This document shows positions 53,889 to 64,000 of a stretch of DNA of 64,000 bases, in pieces (position 1 is the stretch's first letter; every line of letters starts with the position of its first letter). The position numbers and the translations under genes were made by a program. The stretch spans positions 32,001 through 96,000 of the forward strand of contig CAVYHV010000017.1 of assembly GCA_963768425.1 (NCBI GenBank), in the 5' to 3' direction. Origin of the DNA: Candidatus Bathyarchaeota archaeon. GTDB taxonomy: Archaea; Thermoproteota; Bathyarchaeia; Bathyarchaeales; Bathycorpusculaceae. Under the pieces are notes generated by a model. The model saw nothing but the letters and a program-made list of their open reading frames with translations, did not search any database and was not told where the DNA came from.

Positions 53889-54872
53889 GTGCCTAAAATC
53901 AAAGAACTTGATTCTGAAATTCTAAAAAGTCTACTGAAGGATGGTAGAACTGGTTATTATGAAATAGCTAAGCAGTGTGGTGTGTCGGAGAACAAAGTTT
54001 GGAAACGCTGCAGAGCAATGGAGGAAAAAGGGGTAATAAATGGGGCGACAGTGCAGATTAATTTTGGTTCCTTCGGATTTGACGCACTTGCAACGTTTCT
54101 CATCGGAATTGAAGCTCAGCAACTCGAACAAGCAATGGAACTCATTAAGAACATAACTGAGATACGGTCTTACCGGCAATATAATAGCGTTTTCAATATT
54201 CGGGCAGTCGCAACTTTAAGGAACCTTAACGAACTAGATTATTTGAAGCAGGTGATTAGGCGAAAATTACCTACAGTGGGTTTAAAAACTTACATTTGGA
54301 CAGGTGTCAGAAACATTCCTGAAAACTTGAATTTCACTGGGGCTCTGAAGAACGTCTATGGAATAGAACAACCTGATCAGGCTCCGGGAGACCGTAAGTT
54401 GAGCGAAAAAATCACGGTTGATGACCTGGATAAACAAATAGCTTCAAAGCTAGCCTTGGATGGGAGGGAATCATTTACGAAAATTGCGCAGGAAATGGGA
54501 GTGTCAACCGACACAATTGTGAAGAGATATCATAGACTTAAAGAAAAGGGCGCGATAAAGGTTTCAATCCAAATAAACCCGAACAAAATCGGGTACACGT
54601 CAATATTGGATTTCAACATCGCTTTCACGAGACCTGGTGGCTTGTCCAACCCGGTAGTTGAGTCGCTTGCAAAAATTCCTGATGTTATCATAATTACAGA
54701 AACTAGCGGTGACTATGACCTGCAATTGTCGGCAATGATAAGAGACACTGCGCAATCATTTGATATGCAAGATCAAATTGCAAGAATCAGCGGCATAACA
54801 AAAATTGAAGTGGGTGCTAGGAAAATTCCAGAGAGTTGGCCAACGCCTCACCAATACATATCAACATTCTGA
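53889..54872 (+). CDS. Tandem Lrp/AsnC regulator
   Basis: DSEILKSLLKDGR and DKQIASKLALDGR; ends WPTPHQYISTF. Confidence 0.88.
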   Translation: MPKIKELDSEILKSLLKDGRTGYYEIAKQCGVSENKVWKRCRAMEEKGVINGATVQINFGSFGFDALATFLIGIEAQQLEQAMELIKNITEIRSYRQYNSVFNIRAVATLRNLNELDYLKQVIRRKLPTVGLKTYIWTGVRNIPENLNFTGALKNVYGIEQPDQAPGDRKLSEKITVDDLDKQIASKLALDGRESFTKIAQEMGVSTDTIVKRYHRLKEKGAIKVSIQINPNKIGYTSILDFNIAFTRPGGLSNPVVESLAKIPDVIIITETSGDYDLQLSAMIRDTAQSFDMQDQIARISGITKIEVGARKIPESWPTPHQYISTF

Positions 54873-54974
54873 GAACCACACTTTTCAATCGCTTTTTATT
54901 TTTATATTGAGGGGATCATTGAGGGACAACCTATAGTCGCACCCTTTATCCAAGCTCTGCTGGCTTTTCGAGAT

Positions 54975-55100
54975 TTTTATGGATTTTTTGACTTCTATTG
55001 ACTTTTCTACATTTTGACCGTTTTTACTGACTACTATTGACTTAGCCTGCCAACGCCCCAAGTCCAAAACCGAGAAAAGCAACTCAAAACACAAGCAACC
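54975..55100 (-). repeat. Dispersed element copy B (degenerate)
   Basis: TTGACTT-type decamers followed by CCTGC..CCAAG.CC.AAACC..AAAAGCAAC.CAAAACACAA, matching the arm of copy A. Confidence 0.7.
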
Positions 55101-55136
55101 CGCGGCATCAAAGAGCGGAACAGTTCAAGCCGAGAT

Positions 55137-57218
55137 TCAATGTTTCGCCTCTTTTTCACTTAGTTGCTCAAGCATAGTCACCAAGCTGTTGGTAGCTGGT
55201 AGGCAGGTCTGGTCGCGGCACACATAGGCAGTTGTTTTGCCTTCGATTTGCTGGTAACCTAAGCCTCCCTTATCTGGATGCTTAAGTTGGACTACGGTTG
55301 TTGGCAGGTAATGTTGCCTCAATATCTTGAGCATTTCTAGCGTGTCTTTTGAGTTGATGTCGCCGACGACTGTGACCATGTAGGATGGACCAAGCTGAAA
55401 GTCAAGTCCTGAGAGAAAGAACGTGTAGGCGTCGGGTGCCCCTTCAACTTCTGCAGCAAAAGTCTTAATCATTTGGGTTGCCATCTGGTCGTAAGTAGGC
55501 TCGTTGGTCAAGCGGCTAAGCCACAGCAAGTCAATAAGTGCCACTGAGTTGCCTGATGGAATTGCGCCGTCGTAGAGTTGCTTGATTTTAGGCATGCCCG
55601 CGGGTGCGCTTTGTGTTTGGTAGAATCCTCCGTTCTGCTTATCCCAAAACTTGCTGACCATGCTTTTAGCAAGGTCTGCGGCGGCTTGAAGGTACACATC
55701 ATTGAACGTTACCTCGTAAAGCTGCATTAACCCATACGTTAAGTAGGCATAGTCGTCTAGAAACGCCTCAATTGCAACTTCGCCTTTCGCGTAACGATGA
55801 TACAAAACATCGCCTTTGCGCATGTAATTCAATATGAAGTCTGCAGTCTTAGATGCCGCATTCAAGATACGCTGGGGTCCCAAACACACTCCCAGCTTTG
55901 GCCAAAGCTGCAATCATCAGGCCATTCCAATCGGCCAAGATCTTGTCATCAACCGGCTGGAGCAACCCGTTTCTGTCTCTGCTTTAAAAAGGGCATTTTG
56001 GATTTTTCCCATCTCCATAATCAGCTGATCGATTGTCAAACCCTTGTATGAAGCAAGGTCTTCAAGGGGTTCTGCGATGTGGAGAATGTTTTTGCCGTTG
56101 GCATGCCCTCTTTCGTCAGGGTAGTTTCCTTCTGGTTTTAAGCCGTAGAGGTGCACTGCCAGCTCTGCATCTGCAGGAGATAGAACATCGAGAACTTCAT
56201 CGACCGTCCACAGGTAAAATTTGCCTTCTTCACCCTCGGAGTCAGCATCCTGAGCTGAGAAAAACCCGCCTTCCCCACCCGCAGGCAAATCACGAAGAAC
56301 ATATTCTATTGTTTCTTTCGCTGTTATTTTGAACTTGGGCGCACCTGTCGCCTGATAGGCCTCAGCATACGCCATTATCAGCAACGCTTGGTCGTAGAGT
56401 GTTTTTTCGTAATGCGGAACTAGCCAGCTGGGGTCGGTGCTGTACCTGTGAAATCCAAAACCGAGTTGGTCAAAGATTCCGCCCAAACGCATTTGGCGTA
56501 AAGTGTTTTCAGCCATAGACAGCGCATTTTTCTCTCCTGTGTGAGAATAGTGACGCAGAAGATAGAGGATTTTGTGTGGAGTAGGGAACTTTGGTGCTGA
56601 CCCGAACCCGCCGTTTTCTTTGTCGTATTCCAGCTTTAGACGGTCGAACCCATCCTGCAAGACTTCTGTGGTTAGTTGGTTTTGGGGTGTTCGTTTTTCG
56701 ACGGCTTCTATGCGTGATTTGATGTCAGCGCCCACCATTTCCATTTGGGAACGCTGGGTTTTCCATATTTGCGTCACCTGCGGCACAAGATCCAGCATGC
56801 CGATTATTCCTGGCCGACTGTGTTTGGGTATGTAGCTCTGAGCATAAAATGGGTTCAATTTAGGCGTCATTATTATGTTAAGGGGCCAGCCGCAGTTTCT
56901 GCCCATAGCCTGGCAAACTGCCATGTACGAAGCATCTAAGTCTGGTCTTTCTTCGCGGTCAACCTTTATGCATACAAACGCTTGGTTAAGCAAATCTGCA
57001 ACTTGATTGTCGCTGAAGCACTCCATTTCCATGACGTGGCACCAGTGACAGGTCGAATAGCCTATGCTGAGGAAAATTGGCTTTTCTTCTGCTTTGGCTT
57101 TAGCTAAAGCTTCTTGTCCCCATGGGTACCAGTCTACTGGGTTGTAGGCGTGTTGGAGAAGGTAGGGGCTTTTTTCATTGATAAGCCTATTGGACTTTGT
57201 TTCCTGTTTTGGCTGCAT
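55137..57218 (-). CDS. YyaL/SSP411-family thioredoxin-domain protein; frameshift ~55950
   Basis: [51 protein letters not shown] and FLDDYA. Confidence 0.92.
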
Positions 57219-57447
57219 AAAAGGTGCCTTCTTGTTTTCAATATGTTCAGTGTCTTTTATTAACTGTTAGGGTTTGGAGACTTCTTTTTTTCAACACGTT
57301 TACTTCTGATGAAACCCGCCATCCTATTGGGGTCTCTTCTTGAACGCGAAGGAAGCCTTGTCCAAGCTGCTGCCGAGCGCCTTTGAATTGAATAAACAGG
57401 GAATGAAGAAATTTAAATAGTTCTGGATTGATAGTTGCGTTTCTCGC

Positions 57448-57485
57448 GGTAGTTTCCGTATATAACCTACCTTAAAAAACCCGGG
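57448..57485 (+). ncRNA. Candidate preQ1-I-like riboswitch aptamer, leader of queT
   Basis: GGTAG-TTTCCGTATATAAC-CTACC-TTAAAAAAC-CCGGG; 36 nt after TATA TTTAAATA (57412); abuts the start region. Confidence 0.6.
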
Positions 57486-57494
57486 TTGAATAAA

Positions 57495-57986
57495 ATGAAA
57501 TTGAATGCCAAACAATTAGCTGTGATGGCTATCTTCGCCGCCTTGTACGCGGTTGGAGTTATTTTTTTGGCGCCCATAAGCTTCGGTCCAGGCCAAATAA
57601 GAGTTGCTGACGCAATGTTGCCTTTGACGATGATTTTTGGGCTTCCGAGCGCGTTTGGTCTCAGCTTAGGTTGCTTGGTCTCTAATATTTATAGTCCATT
57701 TGGAGCAATCGACATATTTGGTGGGGCAGTTGCAAATCTAGCCGCCTGCGTTCTAGGATGGTACATTGGAAGGAACGGAGGAAGGATTCTACGTTTTGCA
57801 GCAACCATTTTGCAGTCAGCTATAGTTGCTTTAATCGTTGGAACGTACCTTTCACCGTTGACTAGTGTGCCTCTGATGCTAAGCATATTCGGAGTGCTTA
57901 TTGGAGAAATCGTTGCAATCAACATCATTGGGTATCCACTTCAAGAAGCCATCAGGCGGAGCAAAATCTTCAGCAAATTCAGTTAA
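57495..57986 (+). CDS. queT: Second QueT-family transporter
   Basis: IFAALYAV..FLAPISFGPGQIRVADAM...GCLVSNIYSPFGAIDIFGG. Confidence 0.88.
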   Translation: MKLNAKQLAVMAIFAALYAVGVIFLAPISFGPGQIRVADAMLPLTMIFGLPSAFGLSLGCLVSNIYSPFGAIDIFGGAVANLAACVLGWYIGRNGGRILRFAATILQSAIVALIVGTYLSPLTSVPLMLSIFGVLIGEIVAINIIGYPLQEAIRRSKIFSKFS

Positions 57987-58022
57987 GAACTGGGTTTTCC
58001 CAAAAAAGCTTCTGCTTTTTTC

Positions 58023-58598
58023 CTATTTTTGCAGTTGACAGGACCTTATGCATTCAACTAGTGACTTAAGATTTTCCATGCCTTCATCTAACGTGACGAA
58101 GTTTTCGACGGCGCCTATTGCTTTGCTTGGAACGATCACGACTACTTTGCTTGCGAAAGGTCGGCTGAAGCCTAGTTCAGACGCAGCTTCATCCGTTAAG
58201 GCAACCTGTAAGCCGTTAACTTGCCAATCGTTGAAATCTACATCTAAACCCTCAACTTCTCCCACTAGAAAGCCATTTGGGCTAACTACTCTTTTGCCTT
58301 CAACTTTGACACTTTTTACCTGAATTTCTTTTTCCGCGACATCTTTGATGTTTCGGATTGGTTCCTTAAGAGTTATTACGTCGCCAACTGCGGCTATCAG
58401 TTGAGTCGGCAGGCAAATCATTATTCTGCGCAGGAAGGGCTTTTTCAAGTTAAGTTCTGCCGCTGCTTCGTTGCTGAGGACGATGCAGAAGGCGGTTAGT
58501 TGCCACAGGTTGAAGTCGACCTGCAGATCGTTGATTTCGCCTAATATGTAACCTTCTGTTCCGACTACTTTCTTGGATTTTAACAATAGAGGATTCAT
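58023..58598 (-). CDS. Tandem PRC-barrel protein
   Basis: Two repeats of K.VV...G..lGE...L.VD...WQ. Confidence 0.8.
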   Translation of the reverse strand: MNPLLLKSKKVVGTEGYILGEINDLQVDFNLWQLTAFCIVLSNEAAAELNLKKPFLRRIMICLPTQLIAAVGDVITLKEPIRNIKDVAEKEIQVKSVKVEGKRVVSPNGFLVGEVEGLDVDFNDWQVNGLQVALTDEAASELGFSRPFASKVVVIVPSKAIGAVENFVTLDEGMENLKSLVECIRSCQLQK

Positions 58599-58706
58599 CG
58601 GATTCACTCGCTTGCTAACTTCAGATGCTTCCAGAATAAATAATTTGCTTAAGTGTCGGTCCGCCGAGCGAGGCATGTTGAAGTATTTTTTGGCGATTAG
58701 CGTGTT

Positions 58707-58913
58707 TTATCCGTTAGATTGCCTGTCGATTCTTCTGAAAATGTAGTTAGCAGCTAACCCGACAACTAAATCAGCAATTACAAAGACAATTATATCAAAA
58801 ATCCCATAAAAAAAGAGAACGAGAAAAAGCACTACAAACGCGATTGCCACAACGCCGACGGTTTGTTTTTTTCTCCGGACATCGGCTGAAACAGAACCAC
58901 TCGACGCAGACAT
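58707..58913 (-). CDS. Small 2-TM protein
   Basis: 68 aa, hydrophobic. Confidence 0.6.
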   Translation of the reverse strand: MSASSGSVSADVRRKKQTVGVVAIAFVVLFLVLFFYGIFDIIVFVIADLVVGLAANYIFRRIDRQSNG

Positions 58914-58990
58914 TTAGTATACCACACCTCACCAAGGCATCAATAACCTATAATTGTTGCTATCGCAAAAATCGAGAATCAGGATCGTCC

Positions 58991-59155
58991 GCATTTTTTA
59001 TTTTGTCTTTTGGGTTGCTTTTTTGGTTTAGGGCTTGGATTGTTTGCAGGTTGCGTCAAAAAAAGTCAAGGAAAGTCAAAATAAGTCAAATAAAGTCGAA
59101 AAAAGTCAAGAAAAGTTAAAATAAGTCAAAATAAGTGAATAAAAGTCAAGAAAAG
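58991..59155 (+). repeat. Dispersed element copy C (inverted relative to copy A)
   Basis: Arm TTTTGGGTTGCTTTTTTGGTTT...TTTGCAGGTTGCGTC followed by ten AAAAGTCAAA-type decamers. Confidence 0.92.
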
Positions 59156-59235
59156 ACGGGCAGACAGATGGAAATTTTGGCGCTCGCTCAACGACGCAGA
59201 AACTGCATTAATGCCTCGGTGTTTCTCAGCTTTTT

Positions 59236-59671
59236 CTAAATTTTCGGGAAGAACGGAGCCGGATACGCAATCCCGAACAAGGCGCCAACAATGATGCTCA
59301 ATATGATGAAGATTACCCATGCCAAAATCGCAATCGCGATAGCTTGAAGCCAACCTGTCTTGAAACTAGCCTTGAAGACCCAGATCCAAGCGAGCAGCGC
59401 CAAAATGTAGCCGAAGACAAAGGCCGCTGAACCAATCAATGAGCTAAGTAAGAACCCTACCAAAAAAGAGACAATAAAGTACACGATTCGGCCCGACAAG
59501 CGTTGCAAGCAAGGAGTCGCCGAAAGTTGCTTTGCCGCCGGTTACCGCTTTTCCAGCAAGCCAAACAGGAATCGAAACAATAATCCAGAGAATAATCAGC
59601 GCAATCAAAGTAACAAGCAAGCCCGTAAGACTCACCGTATTACCCGCAACAGTCAAATATGGCAAAAACAA
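59236..59671 (-). CDS. Multi-TM hypothetical protein; frameshift ~59495
   Basis: Two hydrophobic ORFs joining at ATLVGP/IVYF. Confidence 0.7.
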
Positions 59672-60356
59672 CCCAAAAACCTCAATCTATAATAAAAAAA
59701 GCGTATTATTTAAGAGTTTTCGAAACAAAAAAACACGGGAAAACTGCATGGTTTTTGTCGCCCAAACGGCTTCCGCTTTGTTGGCTCAGCGAAGATAGAT
59801 TGAAATCGAGTCCAGTAACGAGCAGAAAAAGTTGGTTTATGAATGCTGAGCGAATAGGTTTTCGCGGACCAAATTTTCGCCGAATTTGTTCGGCTGGCAT
59901 TGGATTCAAACGCCAAGTTGAGCACTTTCTGCTGCAAGATGTTTGGTCGTTTTGGTCGGAGCAAGGATGAATTATCCGAACTGACATCAGAACAATTAGG
60001 AGTCGTAGGTTTCAGCGAAACAGTTGTTACAGGATAAGTTCGCGGAGCTTGGAAGAATGGCTGAGGATGCATGCAGTATTTAACCTGAAGTGTATTTGTG
60101 TTGTGCACATCTACTAATCTTATTCAAAATTCGCAACCTTTATTATTTTTTACACGCCTGAAAGGGTATGCAACCACAACAAAGTAACAAAAAGCCGAAG
60201 CAGCCGTCACAACGCTCGTTCAAAACGAGCCTAGCTAAATCTGGTTACTCTGAGGACGCTGCGGATAAGATTTGGAAATGGTACAGCACAAGAATAGTGA
60301 AGCGATCAGAAACTTCTGTAAAAGCCACTTAAAGTGTGGTTTGCGAGACAAAAGTT

Positions 60357-60950
60357 CTATTCGTTTTTTTGCAACATCACGATTCTGGCGTCAATGGTTC
60401 CAGCGCTAGATGAAAGCAAAATAGGAACAACTGCGCCTCGACGCCACCTTGATTTTGGAAACGCTTTGTCGACCGCCACCTCGGTAATTGGGTTAAAACG
60501 ATCTTGACCTATTTCTTCGCTTGCCCCACGAATCACAACGCAACCAGAAGGTCTTAGGACACGAAACATTTCAGAACTGTACCCTAATCGGTCGACGTCC
60601 TCAATTACATGGAACAATCCGCGGTCAGTGACTAAATCGAAAGATTCAGCCCGAAGAGGCAAACCAAGAACGCTACCGACTAACCAATCAACCTCAACTC
60701 TGGTCTTCTCTGCTCTTTCTCTCGCGATTTCAAGCGCTCTTTTGCTTAAATCGACCCCCAACACTCTAAGCCCGCATTGTGCCAAAAAAATTGAGTCCAA
60801 TCCACCTCCACAGCCAACATCCAAAACCTTAGCGTTCTCGTCAATCAACCCAGCGGCGACTAACGCAGCGAGCTCAGGAGACGAAGCATTCGGCTCCCAA
60901 TGCCTAAAATCCCCTGACTCATAATCTGAATCCCAATCATAACTACTCAT
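60357..60950 (-). CDS. Class I SAM-dependent methyltransferase
   Basis: VLDVGCGGG, GVDLS and FDLVTDRGLFH. Confidence 0.9.
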   Translation of the reverse strand: MSSYDWDSDYESGDFRHWEPNASSPELAALVAAGLIDENAKVLDVGCGGGLDSIFLAQCGLRVLGVDLSKRALEIARERAEKTRVEVDWLVGSVLGLPLRAESFDLVTDRGLFHVIEDVDRLGYSSEMFRVLRPSGCVVIRGASEEIGQDRFNPITEVAVDKAFPKSRWRRGAVVPILLSSSAGTIDARIVMLQKNE

Positions 60951-61122
60951 CGGGGTCGACTCTCAATTAAAGAAGTCTACGGTGTTAGATAGGCTTTTTC
61001 TCGGGTTATCTGTTTAGAAGCAGTTATTAATGGTACTTACAATCTAGAATTGACCCTGAACTGACAAACTTAGGCACCGAGCAGATGCATCTAATTCTCG
61101 AGGGGTCCAAAAAAAGCATGAA

Positions 61123-62595
61123 GTGGTTGAAATGGTTTCGAAATATCAATTATTCATCAATGGCGAATGGGTAAGTTCGGAATCAGGGGAAACCTTCACA
61201 AGGGTTAACCCTGCAGACCCAGACGAAGTCATCGGGAATTTTCAGAAAGGGAATGCTATTGACATGGAAAAGGCAATTGATTCGGCTGAGAGGGCTTTTG
61301 ATTCTTGGTCGGATACGCCGGCTCCGAAACGGGCCGAATACATTTTCAAAGCAGCCCAATTGTTGAGCGAGAACAAGGATGAGCTGTCTCAAATCATGAC
61401 CCGCGAAATGGGGAAGACGCTTCTTGACGCAAGCGCCGATGTTCAAGAAGCAATCAACGTTGGGTTCTACGTTGCAGGAGAAGGCAAAAGGCTCTTCGGA
61501 TCCACAGCGCCCTCGGAAAAACCGAACAAGTTCGCAATGACCGTGCGGCTTCCAATTGGAGTGGCAGGATTGATTTCGCCTTGGAACTTTCCCATAGCTA
61601 TTCCAGCCAAAAAAGTCTTTTACTCCCTTATTTGTGGAAACACGGCAGTGCTCAAGCCTGCATCCGACACGCCTCTTTGCGCAACTAAGCTTGCGGAGAT
61701 GGCGGAAAAAGCAGGTATCCCGAAGGGGGTTTTGAACTTGGTTACTGGTCCTGGTGAAACCGTCGGGATGGCTTTGATCAGGGATAAGCGAGTTAAGGTT
61801 ATCAGCTTTACAGGGCACAAAGACACTGGTGCCGCCATTTTAAGGGAGGCTGGACTCAAACGCTTAAATCTTGAGATGGGTGGAAAGAACCCTATTGTCG
61901 TTATGGATGATGCCGATCTTAAGCTGGCGGTTAACGGCGTTCTTTGGGGCGGCTTCGAAACTACTGGGCAAAGATGCACAGCCAGTTCAAGAGTTATAGT
62001 TCACGAGAAAATCAAAGAAGACTTTGAAGCAATGCTGATTGACCAGGTTCGAAGGCTCAGGCTTGGAAACGGTTTGGACCCGAAAACAGACATTGGACCC
62101 TTAGTAAACAAAGCAGCTCAGGATAAAGTAGGCCGATATGTAGAAATCGGTAAAAGTGAAGGCGCCAAACTCCTCAAAGGGGGTGAAGTGCCTAAAGATT
62201 TGAAGGGGTACTTTTTTGAGCCGACAGTTTTCACTGATTGCACTGTGAACATGCGGATTGCTCAGGAAGAAATCTTCGGACCAGTAATCTCGATTTTTTC
62301 AGCACACGACTTGGACGAAGCCATTGAAATCGCAAATTCCGTGGAATACGGTTTAAGCTCATCAATCTACACTAAAAACATAAGCAACGCTTTCGTCGCA
62401 ATCAACAAACTGCAGGCGGGATTAACATACGTTAATAGCCCGACAATCGGCGCTGAATGCCACCTTCCCTTCGGGGGCATGAAACATTCAGGAAACACAC
62501 GGGAAGACGGGCCCGAAGGCATCAAGGAATTTACTGAGTTGAAAACGGTATACATTGATTATTCAGGGAAACTTCAGAAAACCTATATAGAGTGA
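61123..62595 (+). CDS. NAD(P)-dependent aldehyde dehydrogenase
   Basis: PWNFP, FTG, LEMGGKNP, GQRCTA and EEIFGP. Confidence 0.95.
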   Translation: MVEMVSKYQLFINGEWVSSESGETFTRVNPADPDEVIGNFQKGNAIDMEKAIDSAERAFDSWSDTPAPKRAEYIFKAAQLLSENKDELSQIMTREMGKTLLDASADVQEAINVGFYVAGEGKRLFGSTAPSEKPNKFAMTVRLPIGVAGLISPWNFPIAIPAKKVFYSLICGNTAVLKPASDTPLCATKLAEMAEKAGIPKGVLNLVTGPGETVGMALIRDKRVKVISFTGHKDTGAAILREAGLKRLNLEMGGKNPIVVMDDADLKLAVNGVLWGGFETTGQRCTASSRVIVHEKIKEDFEAMLIDQVRRLRLGNGLDPKTDIGPLVNKAAQDKVGRYVEIGKSEGAKLLKGGEVPKDLKGYFFEPTVFTDCTVNMRIAQEEIFGPVISIFSAHDLDEAIEIANSVEYGLSSSIYTKNISNAFVAINKLQAGLTYVNSPTIGAECHLPFGGMKHSGNTREDGPEGIKEFTELKTVYIDYSGKLQKTYIE

Positions 62596-62656
62596 TAAAG
62601 ACAATCGGCTCGCTGACTGCCAACAGCTAAAGTCGATTTTCTCACCATTTCTCTAG

Positions 62657-63966
62657 CTAAAGTCTTTTTTTGTTTATCATGTTCTTTTTTGAGGCAATTA
62701 CAGCGAATGCAGAGCATGACACAAGGGCAACTAATGAAAAGGCAACTGCTTGGTTTGGGAACTCGGGGATCGGTGGTTGATAGGGGGCGGCTGGGAAACC
62801 GTAATTGCGCCAAAAGCGTAGACGCTGTCGTCTTCTGACCCAACGTAAACTACACCATTGGCAATTGCGGGAGAAGAATCTACGAGACCAGTGGTTCCGT
62901 AAGTCCATATGGTAGTGCCTGCAGAAGCGTTCAAGGCATACAAGTTGTTATCATCTGAGCCAACGTATACTATGCCGTTAGCGACAGCGGGAGAAGACTC
63001 CACTTGGCTGCCCGTGCTATAGCTCCAGATTTTGCTGCCGGTTACAGCGTTTATAGCGTAGACGTTAAAGTCTTCTGAACCAACATAAACAACGCCGTTA
63101 GCGACGGCGGGGCATGAAACCACATAATCGCCTGTGCCGAAACTCCAAACTCTCGTGCCAGTTTGAATGCTTATCGCGTACACATTGTCATCGTCTGAGC
63201 CAATGTAAACTGTGCCATTAAACACTGCTGGCGAGCTATCCACAGAGCCGGCTGTTGCGAAACTCCAGATTTTGGCGCCTGTTGCAGCGTTCAGAGCATA
63301 AACGTTGTTGTCTTCTGATCCGACATAGACGACGCCGTTTGAAACTGCAGGGGAAGAGACAACCGCGTTACCTGTGCTGTAACTCCATTCTTTGGTGCCT
63401 GTCTGCGCGTTTAAAGCGTAAACTTTGTTATCGTCTGAACCAACATAAACTACGCCGTTCACAACCGCAGGTGAAGACTCAACCTGGTCGCCCGTTTGAT
63501 AACTCCACAGTTTAACGCCTGAGGTAGCGTTTATGGCGTAAACTTTGTGATCCTCTGAGCCAATGTAAACTACGCCGTTCGCGATTGCAGGCGAAGAATC
63601 GATGGAGCCGCCAGTTTTGTAGCTCCAGATATAATCTCCGTTTGCAGCGTTCAGGGCATAAACATAGTGATCATCCGAGCCGACAAAAACAACTCCGTTC
63701 ACAACAGCGGGAGAACTGTAGGCTACATAGTTGCCTGTTGCGTAACTCCACAGAAGCGTGTTTTCAATCGGACCAGTTGAGGTAGAGTAAGCCGTGTGCG
63801 CTGTGTCATGGCGGAAACTGGACCACCAGTCCAATGATTGTTGCGCCTCACCTTTTGGCGCGAATGCTACAAAAATCGATAAACATAAAATTCCCAGAAG
63901 CAAAGAAGCAAATATTCTCTTCATTTTTTCCATCTTCAATAAGTTTCTTGGATTAAAATAGACCAC
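62657..63966 (-). CDS. BamB-like PQQ-repeat propeller with PEF-CTERM-like tail; frameshift ~62790
   Basis: Eight ~40-aa repeats W.y.TG..V.SSPAV.NG.VYVGS.D..vYA; shifted frame ends IPEFP + TM + KKNMINKKRL. Confidence 0.85.
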
Positions 63967-64000
63967 ATTGAATGTAAGCTTTTAAAATTTTCCGTTCTGA

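Noticed and set aside
59659-60108. Overlapping ORFs in the 59.7-60.3 kb gap
   Set aside because: No recognisable motifs or coding signal; left unannotated
62790-63750. 120-bp DNA repeats as a DGR template/variable pair or a non-coding array
   Set aside because: They are ordinary in-frame propeller blades with synonymous variation; no reverse transcriptase is present

Overview
Chromosomal window from an archaeon, most likely Bathyarchaeia (inferred from aRF1, DGGGP synthase, Ftr, eukaryote-like topoisomerase IB, an MA1821/MA1822-type homocysteine module, and paralogous PQQ-propeller surface proteins with tandem double-Lrp regulators). The left ~6 kb is an accessory, decayed region with tRNA-3'-like fragments, an IS1182 remnant, local duplications and vapBC. 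The rest is mostly housekeeping: queC-queT, an ECF transporter, MFS, topo IB, argG-argH-carA-carB, thrC-hom-lysC, yyaL and an aldehyde dehydrogenase. Many genes are split by 1-nt indels, most likely long-read errors. The best candidate for a new system is a shared preQ1-I-like H-type pseudoknot motif lying just downstream of a TATA box, upstream of both deazaguanine loci (queC-queT at ~13.4 kb and a stand-alone queT at ~57.45 kb), i.e. a possible archaeal preQ0/preQ1 riboswitch. Also notable: a three-copy ~165-bp dispersed element with ten phased 10-bp repeats (one copy heads an AbrB-fold gene), and a conserved bulged-hairpin element downstream of both large PQQ surface-protein genes. All calls are from reading the sequence; no searches were run.
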